Shown here: one piece after another, positions 21,255 through 31,260 of the stretch | How the letters are laid out: each line of letters starts with the position of its first letter | Numbering within the stretch: position 1 is the stretch's first letter | Origin: an uncultured Verrucomicrobiales bacterium | GTDB lineage: Bacteria; Verrucomicrobiota; Verrucomicrobiia; Verrucomicrobiales; Akkermansiaceae | Length of the DNA stretch: 64,000 nt | Direction: 5' to 3' | NCBI GenBank assembly: GCA_937934595.1 | Contig: CALGZA010000036.1 | Location: 7,637-71,636 of the forward strand | Translations under genes and position numbers: made by a program | Notes under the pieces: model-generated | What the model saw: only the letters and a program-made list of their open reading frames with translations | Database searches by the model: none | Told to the model about the DNA's origin: nothing

Positions 21255-22283
21255 TTATAGATTTCCCATTTTTTCCCAAGCTTTTTTAGCTGTGTATTTG
21301 GAGGCTTGAAATAGTGCTTCTTTGCTATGACTACGGAGGGTGAGCTTGCCTGGTTTGGTTTCCCAATTGTGGATGGTTTGGGTGGAGACTCCGAGGAGGA
21401 GGGCGAACTCGATGTGGGTCATGCTGAATTTTTTACGGAGCTTTGCAACGTTGAGGCCTGTCGGGTCGAAAAGCTTCGCTGCTTTTTTCTTGGCGGTTTT
21501 TTTAGCGGCAGCTTTCTTTTTTATCGGTTTTTTAGCTTTGCTTGGTCTCCTGGCTGGTAATGGAGAATCTGCCATTTCTACCCCGAAGACATCTGATAAA
21601 TCTGTGTCTGCTATGCGTCTTCTACTACTCTTTGCTTCTCTTTTTTCGTTAGAGTCGAGATCTATATCTGAGGAAATGAGCTCATTGTGATCTATGCCAC
21701 GGAGGGTGAAAAGGAGTTCTGGTTGGGTGTCAAGTCTGGCTCCTATGCCGTAGAGGACGGCGGCAAGGTGTTTGCACATGTAAGCTCCGTCTGGGCAGTC
21801 ACAGCGGAGCTTGATTTCATCAGGGGCAGGGAAGAGTCCATACTGTTTGTCGGTGACCGTTTCTAGGATGTTTTCGGGAAGTTTGCCTTGGAGGAGAGAG
21901 AGAAGAGAGTTGATCTTCCCTGTGCATTTCTTTTTAAGAGTCCGCCATTTAGTGACTGAGAGTTTGGTAATATTAATTCTCACACTGTAAGGCTCTGAGC
22001 CACTGACCATAGCGTTAATATTACCTTCTAAGATGTCTAGGTGGCATACGGACCCGTTGCGGACGTAGGTGCGTCCTCGGTCTAGGCGGTTGGCTAAGTC
22101 TGCGTAGGATTCTAGATGATCACACCAGGCAGTGCCCCAGAATGTTTTGGTGATTTTTCTACCTTGAATAGTCACGGGCTGCGGTGTGATGCCCTGCTTT
22201 TCAGCCATTTGTTGCACTTTTAGTATCCCTTTGGCTCTGCGTTCAGCAACGGGGACGTAAGGTTTCCAGTGTCCGTAACTCAT
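21255..22283 (-). CDS. SWIM zinc-finger protein with C-terminal XRE-type HTH
   Basis: RLDRGRTYVRNG, CDCPDGAYMCKH (SWIM CxC...CxH), HLAAVLYGIGARLD; HTH LRKKFSMTHIEFALLLGVSTQTIHNWE. Confidence 0.88.
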   Translation of the reverse strand: MSYGHWKPYVPVAERRAKGILKVQQMAEKQGITPQPVTIQGRKITKTFWGTAWCDHLESYADLANRLDRGRTYVRNGSVCHLDILEGNINAMVSGSEPYSVRINITKLSVTKWRTLKKKCTGKINSLLSLLQGKLPENILETVTDKQYGLFPAPDEIKLRCDCPDGAYMCKHLAAVLYGIGARLDTQPELLFTLRGIDHNELISSDIDLDSNEKREAKSSRRRIADTDLSDVFGVEMADSPLPARRPSKAKKPIKKKAAAKKTAKKKAAKLFDPTGLNVAKLRKKFSMTHIEFALLLGVSTQTIHNWETKPGKLTLRSHSKEALFQASKYTAKKAWEKMGNL

Positions 22284-22293
22284 GTTAATGCTC

Positions 22294-25026
22294 TTAGATT
22301 ATAGTTTGATCAATGTCGAGGCTGACGGTGTTGATGAGTTCTTCATTACTCATTTCTGTCAGGAGTGTGCTAGCTTCTCCTTCTAGGAGTTCGTTTGCCA
22401 TGTTAGATTTGTCTTGGATGAGAGTGTCAATTTTTTCTTCGAAGGTGCCTTTGGTGATGAATTTGTGGACGAGGACGTTGCGTTTTTGTCCAATGCGGAA
22501 GGCTCGGTCTGTAGCTTGGTTTTCGACTGCTGGGTTCCACCATCGATCGAAGTGAATGACATGCGAGGCCTCTGTGAGAGTGAGTCCTGTACCGCCTGCT
22601 TTGAGAGAGAGGACAAAGAATGGTGGGCCGTCAGGATCCTGGAATTGTTTGACCATCTTCTGGCGTTGTTTGACGGGGGTGCCGCCGTGAAGGATGAGTC
22701 CTTGGCATCCGAAAATCTCTTCTAGCGTGGCGGCCAGAGGCTGGGTCATTTCTTTGAATTGGGTAAAGACGAGCACTTTTTCTTGCCGTTGAGAGACTTC
22801 TTGGCAGAGTTCCTTAAGACGTAGGAGTTTGCCACTGTTATCGATGTGGTAGTCTTTGTTGCCCAGAAGTTGGTCTGGATGATTACAGATTTGCTTGAAC
22901 CGCATGAGAAAAGAGAAAATGAGACCACGGCGCTGAATGCCGTCGAGGTCCTGGAGAGATTTTTCTAACTCGTTAACGGAAGTTTGGTAGAGGGCTGCTT
23001 GTTGCTTGGTGAGGGTGCAGTAAGTCTTAAGTTCGGTTTTATCAGGAAGGTCGGTAATGATGGTTTTATCGGTTTTGAGGCGTCGTAGGATGTAGGGAGA
23101 AATAAGGGTGCGTAGTGGGGTAAATTGATCGTGTTGGCGTTTTTCTAGGGATTTGGTAAATTGTTTAAATTTGGTGAGGTTTCCTAACAGCCCTGGAGAG
23201 ATGTAGTCGAAGAGTGACCAGAGGTCTGAGAGGTTGTTTTCTACTGGGGTGCCAGTGAGGGCGATTCTGGCGTTGGCTTTGAGCTTTTTAGTGGCTTTGG
23301 TTTGTCTGGAGTTGGGATTTTTGATAGCTTGTGCTTCATCTAAGATGGCGAGGTTCCACTGTTGTTCTGTTAGCCATGGCTGGCGCAGGAGCATGCCGTA
23401 AGTGGTGAGGATGATGTCTGATGTGTTGAGTGTCTTCTCTGGGAAATGAGAGACGCTTTTTAGCTGTTCTTTGGTGGTGGCTGAGGGGTGAATGATGAGA
23501 GTGCGGAGAGTGGGACTAAATGTTTCTATCTCGGCTTTCCAGTTGTTGATGAGTGAGGCGGGAAGGACGAGAATAGATGGTGGTGTTTTTCCTTTTGATT
23601 CTTCTTTAATGGTAGCGAGAAGTGAGATGATCTGAACTGTTTTACCAAGTCCCATATCGTCAGCTAGGCAAGCACCGAGACCAAGATTTACGAGTAGATG
23701 AAGCCAATCTTTTCCTATTTGCTGATAAGGACGTAAAGTGCCCTGGAAGGTTGTTGGTGTGCTGCCATTTTGATTTTCTAGGAGGTGCTTAGTGGGATCT
23801 CGGAGGTGATCTAGTGTTTTCTTGAGCCAAGGTCCTGCGTTTACCATAGACCATGAAAGCTCTTGGTCTTCGCTGAGGTTGTCGTTTAGTTGTGTGGGGG
23901 CTCCTGCGAGTAATCTCATTCCTTCAAGGAAGGTGACGCCATCTCCAGCGGAGTTCGCTTCTACTTCTTGCCAGTGATCGAGTGCTTGCTGGAGCTTTTC
24001 TTTATCAACCTCTATCCACTGTCCTTTGATGAAGATAAGCTTTTCATTGGCTTCAAGGATTTGTTGCCATTCTTTTTTTGTTAGTGAGGCATCTCCTATC
24101 GCCATGGAGACCTTGAAATCAAGCATGGCATCCATGCCGAAACTTTTAGTTTGTTTGTTTCCTACGCTGACTGAGACGGTGGGGCGGGTGCGTTTTTTCC
24201 ACCAGTTAGGGAGCTTTACGGTGAGTCCAGCAGCTTCTAAGGTTTCGCTGTCTTTGAGGAGTTGGAGGGCTTCGTCAGGTGTCCATGAAAGTGGGTAGAA
24301 GATGTCGCCGGAGTCGATCATTTCCTCTACGAAAGGGAGCTGCGTAGCGGCCTGCTGGATTGGAGTTAGTAGATTTTCTAATGCTGCCTTGTTTTCTGAG
24401 CCTGCATACTCCTTGAGGGCTTGTCCGAGCGGCTGATGTTGCACGTTACCAGTTGCTGAGAGCCCAGGGGCGTATGTTGCCATGAAGGCGAAGGGATAGT
24501 CTGGGTCTCGTTTATTTTCTGCTAAATGGAAGCAAACTCTGCCTACTTGGTTCCATTCAGGAGCTTGTTCATCTAGCCATGTGATTAGATCTTTCTTGGA
24601 TTGTTGTATGGTGACGCGGATTTGATTATCTAGATACATCCAGATCGTGACAAGAACCTGATTAGAGAGGTATTCGCCACCCATCATGGGTGGTGCAGAT
24701 AAAACCATTTCCATTTGTTTGATTTGATCCGGAATGGGGATGGCAGGGTAGGTGCCAGTTTTTTGAGAAAAAGAAGATTCTGGAAGTTTGCATAGCTCTA
24801 TTAGGTATAGGCTGGCGAAGTCTCTCCAATAGGTAAAATCGGTTGGTAGCTTAGTAGTAGTTTTGTTCGCCGCAAGGGCAAATAGGCCTAGTGCAAAGTC
24901 TTTTTCAAAGTTGGAGATGAGGGTGTTGAGCCATACTTCGTCTATTATTTTTTGGGAGTCTGATTTTACTTCAACAGATTTTAGCTGAAGAGATCCGTGT
25001 GGAGTGAGGCAGATGGTATATGACAT
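22294..25026 (-). CDS. SNF2-family (SWI2/SNF2) helicase-like ATPase
   Basis: LADDMGLGKT, ILDEAQAIKN, ALTGTPVENN, LSLKAGGTGL, DRWWNPAVENQATDRAFRIGQ. Confidence 0.95.
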   Translation of the reverse strand: MSYTICLTPHGSLQLKSVEVKSDSQKIIDEVWLNTLISNFEKDFALGLFALAANKTTTKLPTDFTYWRDFASLYLIELCKLPESSFSQKTGTYPAIPIPDQIKQMEMVLSAPPMMGGEYLSNQVLVTIWMYLDNQIRVTIQQSKKDLITWLDEQAPEWNQVGRVCFHLAENKRDPDYPFAFMATYAPGLSATGNVQHQPLGQALKEYAGSENKAALENLLTPIQQAATQLPFVEEMIDSGDIFYPLSWTPDEALQLLKDSETLEAAGLTVKLPNWWKKRTRPTVSVSVGNKQTKSFGMDAMLDFKVSMAIGDASLTKKEWQQILEANEKLIFIKGQWIEVDKEKLQQALDHWQEVEANSAGDGVTFLEGMRLLAGAPTQLNDNLSEDQELSWSMVNAGPWLKKTLDHLRDPTKHLLENQNGSTPTTFQGTLRPYQQIGKDWLHLLVNLGLGACLADDMGLGKTVQIISLLATIKEESKGKTPPSILVLPASLINNWKAEIETFSPTLRTLIIHPSATTKEQLKSVSHFPEKTLNTSDIILTTYGMLLRQPWLTEQQWNLAILDEAQAIKNPNSRQTKATKKLKANARIALTGTPVENNLSDLWSLFDYISPGLLGNLTKFKQFTKSLEKRQHDQFTPLRTLISPYILRRLKTDKTIITDLPDKTELKTYCTLTKQQAALYQTSVNELEKSLQDLDGIQRRGLIFSFLMRFKQICNHPDQLLGNKDYHIDNSGKLLRLKELCQEVSQRQEKVLVFTQFKEMTQPLAATLEEIFGCQGLILHGGTPVKQRQKMVKQFQDPDGPPFFVLSLKAGGTGLTLTEASHVIHFDRWWNPAVENQATDRAFRIGQKRNVLVHKFITKGTFEEKIDTLIQDKSNMANELLEGEASTLLTEMSNEELINTVSLDIDQTII

Positions 25027-25052
25027 AATGATGTATTTTTTTAGATGAGGGG

Positions 25053-25487
25053 CTAAAGAAGTTTCTGTTGCTCTACTCTTACTTCTGCTTCTGTGTTGTC
25101 ATTATGAATGGTTTCTCTGATAACTTTGTCTGTGATGTTAGAAATGTAATCTGTAAGGACATCATTTAGCTCGCAATATTCAGGCCAAAGAGTTCGGTCA
25201 CAGAAGCTTTTAGGGACTCTTACCATCACGGTGGTATAGCGTTGGCGTTTATAGCGATAAGGGTTCAAGCCATAACGCCGAGCGAGGGCTACAAAGAGCT
25301 GGCGTGACCAGCGGTCAGTAAAGGTGAATTTATACTCTACAGGTGGGTCTTGATGAATGATATCCTCTAGTTTTTTAAGAATTTTTTCTCGAGCATTTTG
25401 AGCAGCATTTTTCTCGCCTTCTGTAGTAGCTCCAGCGAAGAGACGTTCTATCTTTTCTAGTTTTTGTTTTAGCTCATGCTCTGTCAT
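25053..25487 (-). CDS. Conserved hypothetical protein with DUF2786-like N-terminal helical hairpin
   Basis: KLEKIERLFAGATTEGEKNAA resembles DUF2786; first gene of the SNF2-SWIM operon. Confidence 0.75.
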   Translation of the reverse strand: MTEHELKQKLEKIERLFAGATTEGEKNAAQNAREKILKKLEDIIHQDPPVEYKFTFTDRWSRQLFVALARRYGLNPYRYKRQRYTTVMVRVPKSFCDRTLWPEYCELNDVLTDYISNITDKVIRETIHNDNTEAEVRVEQQKLL

Positions 25488-25885
25488 AGCAACATGAGAC
25501 TAAGAAGACTGTCAGTGATATTAAAGTTTAAAACTCTATATTTGAGAGTTGGCATAATCGAGAAATGATTAAAATAGTGTAGTTTTAAAAATCTGAGCCT
25601 CGTATCAGCCTCAGCCTGATACACATTAAAAGCTATCTAGTTCCAAACCCATGCCAAGGACAAGTTTCCTCAACATTCATTTTATCCAAAGACACACAAA
25701 CACCGATAGAGTTATTTTGGATGACATTCATTTGCTCTCTCAGAAAAACTACGTTACTAAAAGAATTTATCTACCTAACAAAACCATGATCCAAGAATAG
25801 AAAGTTTGTCCGGTTTCTTGTCCTGTTTCAAATAGCACCAAAAGGGACATCTTAGAGACAGGATAGAGTTTGAGATATCATAACA

Positions 25886-25925
25886 CAAAAAAAGCTTAAC
25901 CCTTTGTGGATCAAGCCTTTTTTTG
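25886..25925 (-). terminator. Probable intrinsic terminator downstream of tRNA-Glu
   Basis: Imperfect hairpin caaaaaaagcttaac...tcaagccttttttg flanked by A and T tracts, about 20 bp from the tRNA CCA. Confidence 0.55.
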
Positions 25926-25942
25926 CATTTTCACCTAAATAA

Positions 25943-26020
<78 letters not shown>

Positions 26021-26115
26021 GCTGTAATGGTTGCGACTAGCGCGGGCGCAAAAGAACATAAAATCATGAATCACGCAAGAATTTTTTGCTATTTTCATCA
26101 TTTTTTTATCTCACA

Positions 26116-26877
26116 CTACCTACCCAAGCGCCCATAAAGCACCTTCATAAACCGCTGCACATGCCTGCGCGTATACAATCCACCACCAATACAACTCAAA
26201 AAATGATTCCTAAAACCCGGTATAATAATCGGCTTCCTCCCCACATACTTTAAAGCCGTGCTCACCACCTCACCCACTCCCATCCACTTGATCGGCAACT
26301 TACTATAATCAATGTCAAAATGATCTTTCCCAGGCGTATCAGTTGCCCCAGGACACAAAACACTCACACCTACCCCATCAGCCTTACCCTCCCAGTAAAG
26401 TGACTCACCCAGATTAACCAAATACCCCTTAGTAGCAGAATACTGAGCCATATAAGGAACCCCCTGAAATCCCAAGCTCGATGATACAAATAAAATCTTC
26501 CCAGACCCAGCCAAACGCATCCTCGGCATATAAAAATGCGCTAACTCCATCGGAGTAACACAATTCAACTGAACCAAACCCACATCATCAACCACATCCA
26601 CAGAACCAAAATCCCCAGGATACCCAAATCCCGCATTAGAAATCAATAAATCAACCTCAGGCGCAAATTCAGTCACTCGCCTCGCCGCACCAACCTCAGA
26701 CAAATCACAAACCAACACCCCCACCTCCACACCATAAGAACCCATCAAACGCTCAGCCAAAGCCTCTAACAAATCCCCCCTACGTGCCACCAAAACCAAA
26801 TCCCAACCCTCCTCCGCCAATCGCACCGCAAACTCCTCACCAATTCCAGAAGAAGCACCCGTCACCAAAGCTCTCAC
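26116..26877 (-). CDS. Short-chain dehydrogenase/reductase
   Basis: ALVTGASSGIG, ISNAGFG, YSATK catalytic motif. Confidence 0.95.
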   Translation of the reverse strand: MRALVTGASSGIGEEFAVRLAEEGWDLVLVARRGDLLEALAERLMGSYGVEVGVLVCDLSEVGAARRVTEFAPEVDLLISNAGFGYPGDFGSVDVVDDVGLVQLNCVTPMELAHFYMPRMRLAGSGKILFVSSSLGFQGVPYMAQYSATKGYLVNLGESLYWEGKADGVGVSVLCPGATDTPGKDHFDIDYSKLPIKWMGVGEVVSTALKYVGRKPIIIPGFRNHFLSCIGGGLYTRRHVQRFMKVLYGRLGR

Positions 26878-27284
26878 TTAAGATCCCCTCCACGCATCGT
26901 ATGATTAGCAGACAAGTCCCCATCCTCCACCAACCCCATCCTAACAGCATCCTCCATCGCCACAGGCTTAGCTTTACAAACCTTCTGCCAATCCGGAAAA
27001 TTCCACCTATTCGGAAACCCCTTACACTGAAATGGCTTCACCTCCTGAATCTTACAACGCCCATCCTCCAGCATAATGCACTCATCATTCTCACGCTCAA
27101 TCAGAGACAAACCATTCCTATTCATCCGCAATCTCGTAAAATCCTGAATAAACACATCCTCATCCATACCAAGAAAACCAGCAATAGCTCGCACCTCATC
27201 ATCACTCACCTTCACATCACCCGGCCACTTACAACAAGCCGTACAACGGTCACACTGATACCAAACCTCAGAATCCATCGCCAT
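26874..27284 (-). CDS. YkgJ-family cysteine-cluster (Fe-S/Zn) protein
   Basis: CDRCTACC, CIML, CKIQEVKPFQCKGFP. Start placed at MAMDSE (27284, or 27278) just after the amidase stop. Confidence 0.9.
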   Translation of the reverse strand: MAMDSEVWYQCDRCTACCKWPGDVKVSDDEVRAIAGFLGMDEDVFIQDFTRLRMNRNGLSLIERENDECIMLEDGRCKIQEVKPFQCKGFPNRWNFPDWQKVCKAKPVAMEDAVRMGLVEDGDLSANHTMRGGDLK

Positions 27285-27288
27285 ATCA

Positions 27289-28170
27289 CTAATACCTCGG
27301 AACCCTATTCCCATAAACTCGCCCCGGATAAACTGAGTCCTGGCGCCCATAAGGAGAGCCATAACCCCCCTGCCCAGCATACCCACCAGAAACCCCAGTA
27401 TCCCTACTAATCATCTTATAATAACCTAACACCTTATCCTGAAACGCCCGCCACTTCCGCCCAGGCCTCCCATTATCCAACAAAAAATGCGGACAATTCT
27501 TATTCGGCTTACTCACACCCGCCCTCGGCCAATGATAATGAGGCACCACATTCCCAATAGGAATACCATGACGCTTCATCAAATAAGCAGCCAACTTCGC
27601 CGTCCGCTCAACCGTAGCTGACCGGCTATTCCCCCTATTCTCACACATCTCCAAACCCAACGAAAAATTATTCCCAGGCCCATCAAAATCCGCATGCTCA
27701 CCCTGCTCATTATCTGGTAAATGCTGCACCACACGTGACTGATCTATCGTATAATGCCACACCAAATAACCTATCCTATTACCACCACGTAACTTCCTCG
27801 CCCTCAGCTTCCCATTCTTCAGCGCCTTACTATGCTGCCACGCATCCGCGGATGCACTATAATTCTGTGTACTATGAATCGTTATATAACGCGGATCCAT
27901 ATGCCGCCTATACTTACGAGCATGCCTGCCATAAGGAATATAATCCCGCCTCAAATTCACCTGCCTCAACAATTCACCTGAAGAAATCCGCGGCCGGCTA
28001 TCAGGAATCCCACCACCAGCATAGCCCACACTCTGCGGATAACTCGGAGAATAAACAGACGCACCAGAATAAACAGACGGCCCAGGACCACTCCCACACA
28101 TCGTCAACACCCCTACCATCACCCCTACCAACGAAAGATTAAACCATAAATGAGAAAACATAATCACCAT
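27289..28170 (-). CDS. N-acetylmuramoyl-L-alanine amidase (Amidase_2), probable lipoprotein
   Basis: ITIHST, WHYTID, EHA, GLEMCE, VVPHYHW, KNCP; lipobox-like VLTMC; G/Y-rich tail. Confidence 0.9.
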   Translation of the reverse strand: MVIMFSHLWFNLSLVGVMVGVLTMCGSGPGPSVYSGASVYSPSYPQSVGYAGGGIPDSRPRISSGELLRQVNLRRDYIPYGRHARKYRRHMDPRYITIHSTQNYSASADAWQHSKALKNGKLRARKLRGGNRIGYLVWHYTIDQSRVVQHLPDNEQGEHADFDGPGNNFSLGLEMCENRGNSRSATVERTAKLAAYLMKRHGIPIGNVVPHYHWPRAGVSKPNKNCPHFLLDNGRPGRKWRAFQDKVLGYYKMISRDTGVSGGYAGQGGYGSPYGRQDSVYPGRVYGNRVPRY

Positions 28171-28492
28171 CTATACACTCACTTCTCCCAAAAAGCCAGA
28201 CCTCTTTACAAACTCCATTTCCCCATAAACCACCACTACCTGAGACGTACCTCCTTATCCAACTCAAACGCAGAATCACCAAATCAACCTTCACCGCCCC
28301 AGCATCAGGCCCAGAAGCCCCCTCCCATGTATCATAAGATGTACCTGCCGCCGGAGGCCTAGAAAAATCCCCCGGATAAGCCACCCCAGCCGCATCCCCC
28401 ACCTCAGCTCCACTCATCACCACCCCACCTAGAAACACCCCAGTCATAAACACCAAAACACAGAAACTCCTAAAATCAATCATCATAATCAA
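28139..28492 (-). CDS. Possible small exported hypothetical protein
   Basis: 117 aa ORF with hydrophobic N-terminus and minus-strand codon style; overlaps the amidase start by 32 nt; no recognised motif. Confidence 0.35.
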   Translation of the reverse strand: MIMMIDFRSFCVLVFMTGVFLGGVVMSGAEVGDAAGVAYPGDFSRPPAAGTSYDTWEGASGPDAGAVKVDLVILRLSWIRRYVSGSGGLWGNGVCKEVWLFGRSECIDGDYVFSFMV

Positions 28493-28690
28493 CTCTTACC
28501 AAATCCAAAAGACACTAGCAAGAGCCCACCTATCCATCATCAAATATTCACCTCATAACCAAAAAAATTAACACACATTTTATATAAAAAAATCCAATAA
28601 CCTGAACCCTCAACCCTAACACAAAAATGACATAACCCACAAATAAACTTTAATAATTGATCATCCAGCAAATTCACAATACGAACTAAC

Positions 28691-30775
28691 ATGATCAAAA
28701 CCTACAACCACAAAAACACCATAATGAAATATCTATGGTTTATGCTAACAATATTAACACTCGCCAACACCGCTAAAAGCGCTCGCGGCGGCAGACACTG
28801 GGGACCACTCGGATTTGAAACCATCAACCACAAAATCACCCACATCTACAAAGGATCCCCAGCACACGGATTACTAAAAGTCGGCGACATACTCTCCAGC
28901 AATAACAACAGAATAACATTATTCCAAAAACACTTCGACTCCCTAGAAGCAGGAAAAAACCAAGGCAAAATAAAAATCGAACTAAACGACGGCCGCTCAG
29001 TCCAACTAAAAATCCCCAATAAAGGATCCTGGTCACCCTCAGCCCCTATCCAATGCAAAAAATGTGACCAATTAATCCAAGAAACCACCAGCTACATCAT
29101 CAAAAATAACGCTCTCGGCAGAAGAAACATGAAATCTCTTGCCCTCCTAGCCCTCCTAGCAACAGGCAAAGAAGAAGCTATCAGCTACGTCAGAAAATCA
29201 ATGGAACTTATTCCCGCATCAGGAACAGGATACAGCAACTGGTTCAATGCATATAACAACATACTCCTCTGTGAATATTACCTCATCACAAAAGACGAAA
29301 CCGTCCTGCCCATCATCAAAAAAATCATCACCAACCTTGACCGCAACCGCGACGGAGCAGGAATCTGGGGACACGGCGCCCAATCAAAAATAATGCCAGG
29401 CGCATTCAAACCTCTCCGCCAAGTAGGCTACGGATCAATAAACGCTACCACCTACGCCTGCCACCTCTCCATGATACTTGCAGAAAAATGCGGCCTCATA
29501 AATGACCCCAATATACTCAAAAGAAATCGTAAAGTCACCGCCTACATTAAATCCTGGGTCGGCCGTGATCTATTCTACTCCATAGCCAGCTACAGCGATG
29601 AAACCTCATTTGCCAAAAACGGCCTATCTGCAATGGCTGCTCTCATTCTTGCTCTAGAAGGTGACATTGAAGAAGCCCGCTACTTTATCGGCATATCACT
29701 TGCCGCAGGTAACGATATCGAAAAAGGCCACACTGGACCCTACTTCGGACTATTCTGGACAGGACTAGGCGCCTCACTCGCAGGTGACAAAGCCTCCGCA
29801 GAATTCTTCAAAGAAATACGCTGGCTAAGAAACGGACACAGACGCTGGAATGGAGGATACAGATACGACAGCAGAGTCCAGCTAGGATACAACGCTCTCA
29901 GCGAAGAAGCCCCTCACCTCCTCAATCTAGCCAGAGGCAGAAAAAAACTCATCATCACAGGTAAAAACGCAGACAAAAGACTAACCTTCACAAACAAACA
30001 AATAGATAATATCCTCAAAAAATTTGATCCAAAAAAAGCACAATCCCCAGAGTGGTTCATCACACACCGGAACAGCTACAACCCAGCTAAAAGAAAACAT
30101 GTCGCCATGAAAATTGGCAAACAACTATCTCAGCCTTCCTTCTATCAATGGGTGAAAAAGAACATCCAAGCAGGCAGCCTCATGAACAGAATCGGCGCAT
30201 TTGACATCATCAAATACTCCAGCCGTAATTTCTCAAAAATACAAAAAGAAAATATTCGCAACACACTATACCAAATCACCAACAACAAAAAACAAGAAAT
30301 GAGATACCGCGCCATAGCCGCTGAAATATTACTCACCCCAGAATATCGCAAAATACTAACACAACCACATTTCGAGTCCATCGTTCGCCTCCTCATAAAG
30401 AAATCAAACTTCCCTAACCAATTTCTAAACTACAACGCCGTAAAAAACCTACTCTTGACCAGCAGAGGAGCCATCCTACTCAGAAAAGAACACTTCGGAA
30501 CAAATGAAAAACTATACCACCAAACCATACGCTTCCTTCTAAATCACCCCATAGGATGGTTCCGCAATGACACAGTGCGCTATTTACAACAATTCGCAAA
30601 GGCTGACCTAAACAGACTAAAACAATACGCCCAAGCACTCATTGACATCAGCAATGATAAACGCACAGACTATCACACATACACTGGCAGACACAGAAAC
30701 GCTGACCCCACCCTAAAAACACTCAATGCATACTTCAAAAAACTTGGAATAACCGCAGATGACCTGAAAAATTAA
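28691..30775 (+). CDS. DUF6288-like secreted protein (PDZ-like + alpha/alpha barrel + helical repeats)
   Basis: KGSPAHGLLKVGD (PDZ-like), LALLALLATG, ILLCEYYLITKD, GIWGHG, VGYGSINA, KGHTGPYFGLFW; likely start at MKYLW (28724). Confidence 0.75.
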   Translation: MIKTYNHKNTIMKYLWFMLTILTLANTAKSARGGRHWGPLGFETINHKITHIYKGSPAHGLLKVGDILSSNNNRITLFQKHFDSLEAGKNQGKIKIELNDGRSVQLKIPNKGSWSPSAPIQCKKCDQLIQETTSYIIKNNALGRRNMKSLALLALLATGKEEAISYVRKSMELIPASGTGYSNWFNAYNNILLCEYYLITKDETVLPIIKKIITNLDRNRDGAGIWGHGAQSKIMPGAFKPLRQVGYGSINATTYACHLSMILAEKCGLINDPNILKRNRKVTAYIKSWVGRDLFYSIASYSDETSFAKNGLSAMAALILALEGDIEEARYFIGISLAAGNDIEKGHTGPYFGLFWTGLGASLAGDKASAEFFKEIRWLRNGHRRWNGGYRYDSRVQLGYNALSEEAPHLLNLARGRKKLIITGKNADKRLTFTNKQIDNILKKFDPKKAQSPEWFITHRNSYNPAKRKHVAMKIGKQLSQPSFYQWVKKNIQAGSLMNRIGAFDIIKYSSRNFSKIQKENIRNTLYQITNNKKQEMRYRAIAAEILLTPEYRKILTQPHFESIVRLLIKKSNFPNQFLNYNAVKNLLLTSRGAILLRKEHFGTNEKLYHQTIRFLLNHPIGWFRNDTVRYLQQFAKADLNRLKQYAQALIDISNDKRTDYHTYTGRHRNADPTLKTLNAYFKKLGITADDLKN

Positions 30776-30922
30776 AAAAATCCCCTCCCCACCTCAAACA
30801 CACTCATAAAACACTCCTTCCAGCTAAGCATTTCCATAGAACACAAAAGGTGCTTAGCACACCAAGTTTGCTGAATAAGCTATCACCTAAACCCAGCGAC
30901 GTCAGCAAAATCCAACCACTCC

Positions 30923-31133
30923 TTATACCATTTGAACTTTTAGAATGGATTGATAGCACAACATGATAGCAAGAGTAGCAAGGCAAGAGGAAACCGAATA
31001 GTGGACTACACAACTGACGATAAACGAAGCTAATCTTGATAGATTGTTGTGCATTTCAAATAATCACCTCTGCTGCTGTTACCAAATGTAGTAAAACTAC
31101 TATCAACCCAGAATAACTGTGAATATGGTATTA
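30923..31133 (+). mobile_element. MITE-like repeat, copy 2 (211 bp)
   Basis: ttataccatttgaac...gtgaatatggtatta. Confidence 0.88.
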
Positions 31134-31260
31134 GCACAAAACCAAATCGCCAAACATTTTCTAAAATACCTCATAACAACCATGTCGCTGATCTGCTTTA
31201 CACACCATCATGAGGTATACCAATCTCGCTATAACACTTTGCCCATCAACACGAACCTAA

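Noticed and set aside
28139-28492. Frameshifted N-terminal extension of the amidase
   Set aside because: The amidase already has its own lipoprotein-like signal, and no slippery site or domain continuity was seen.
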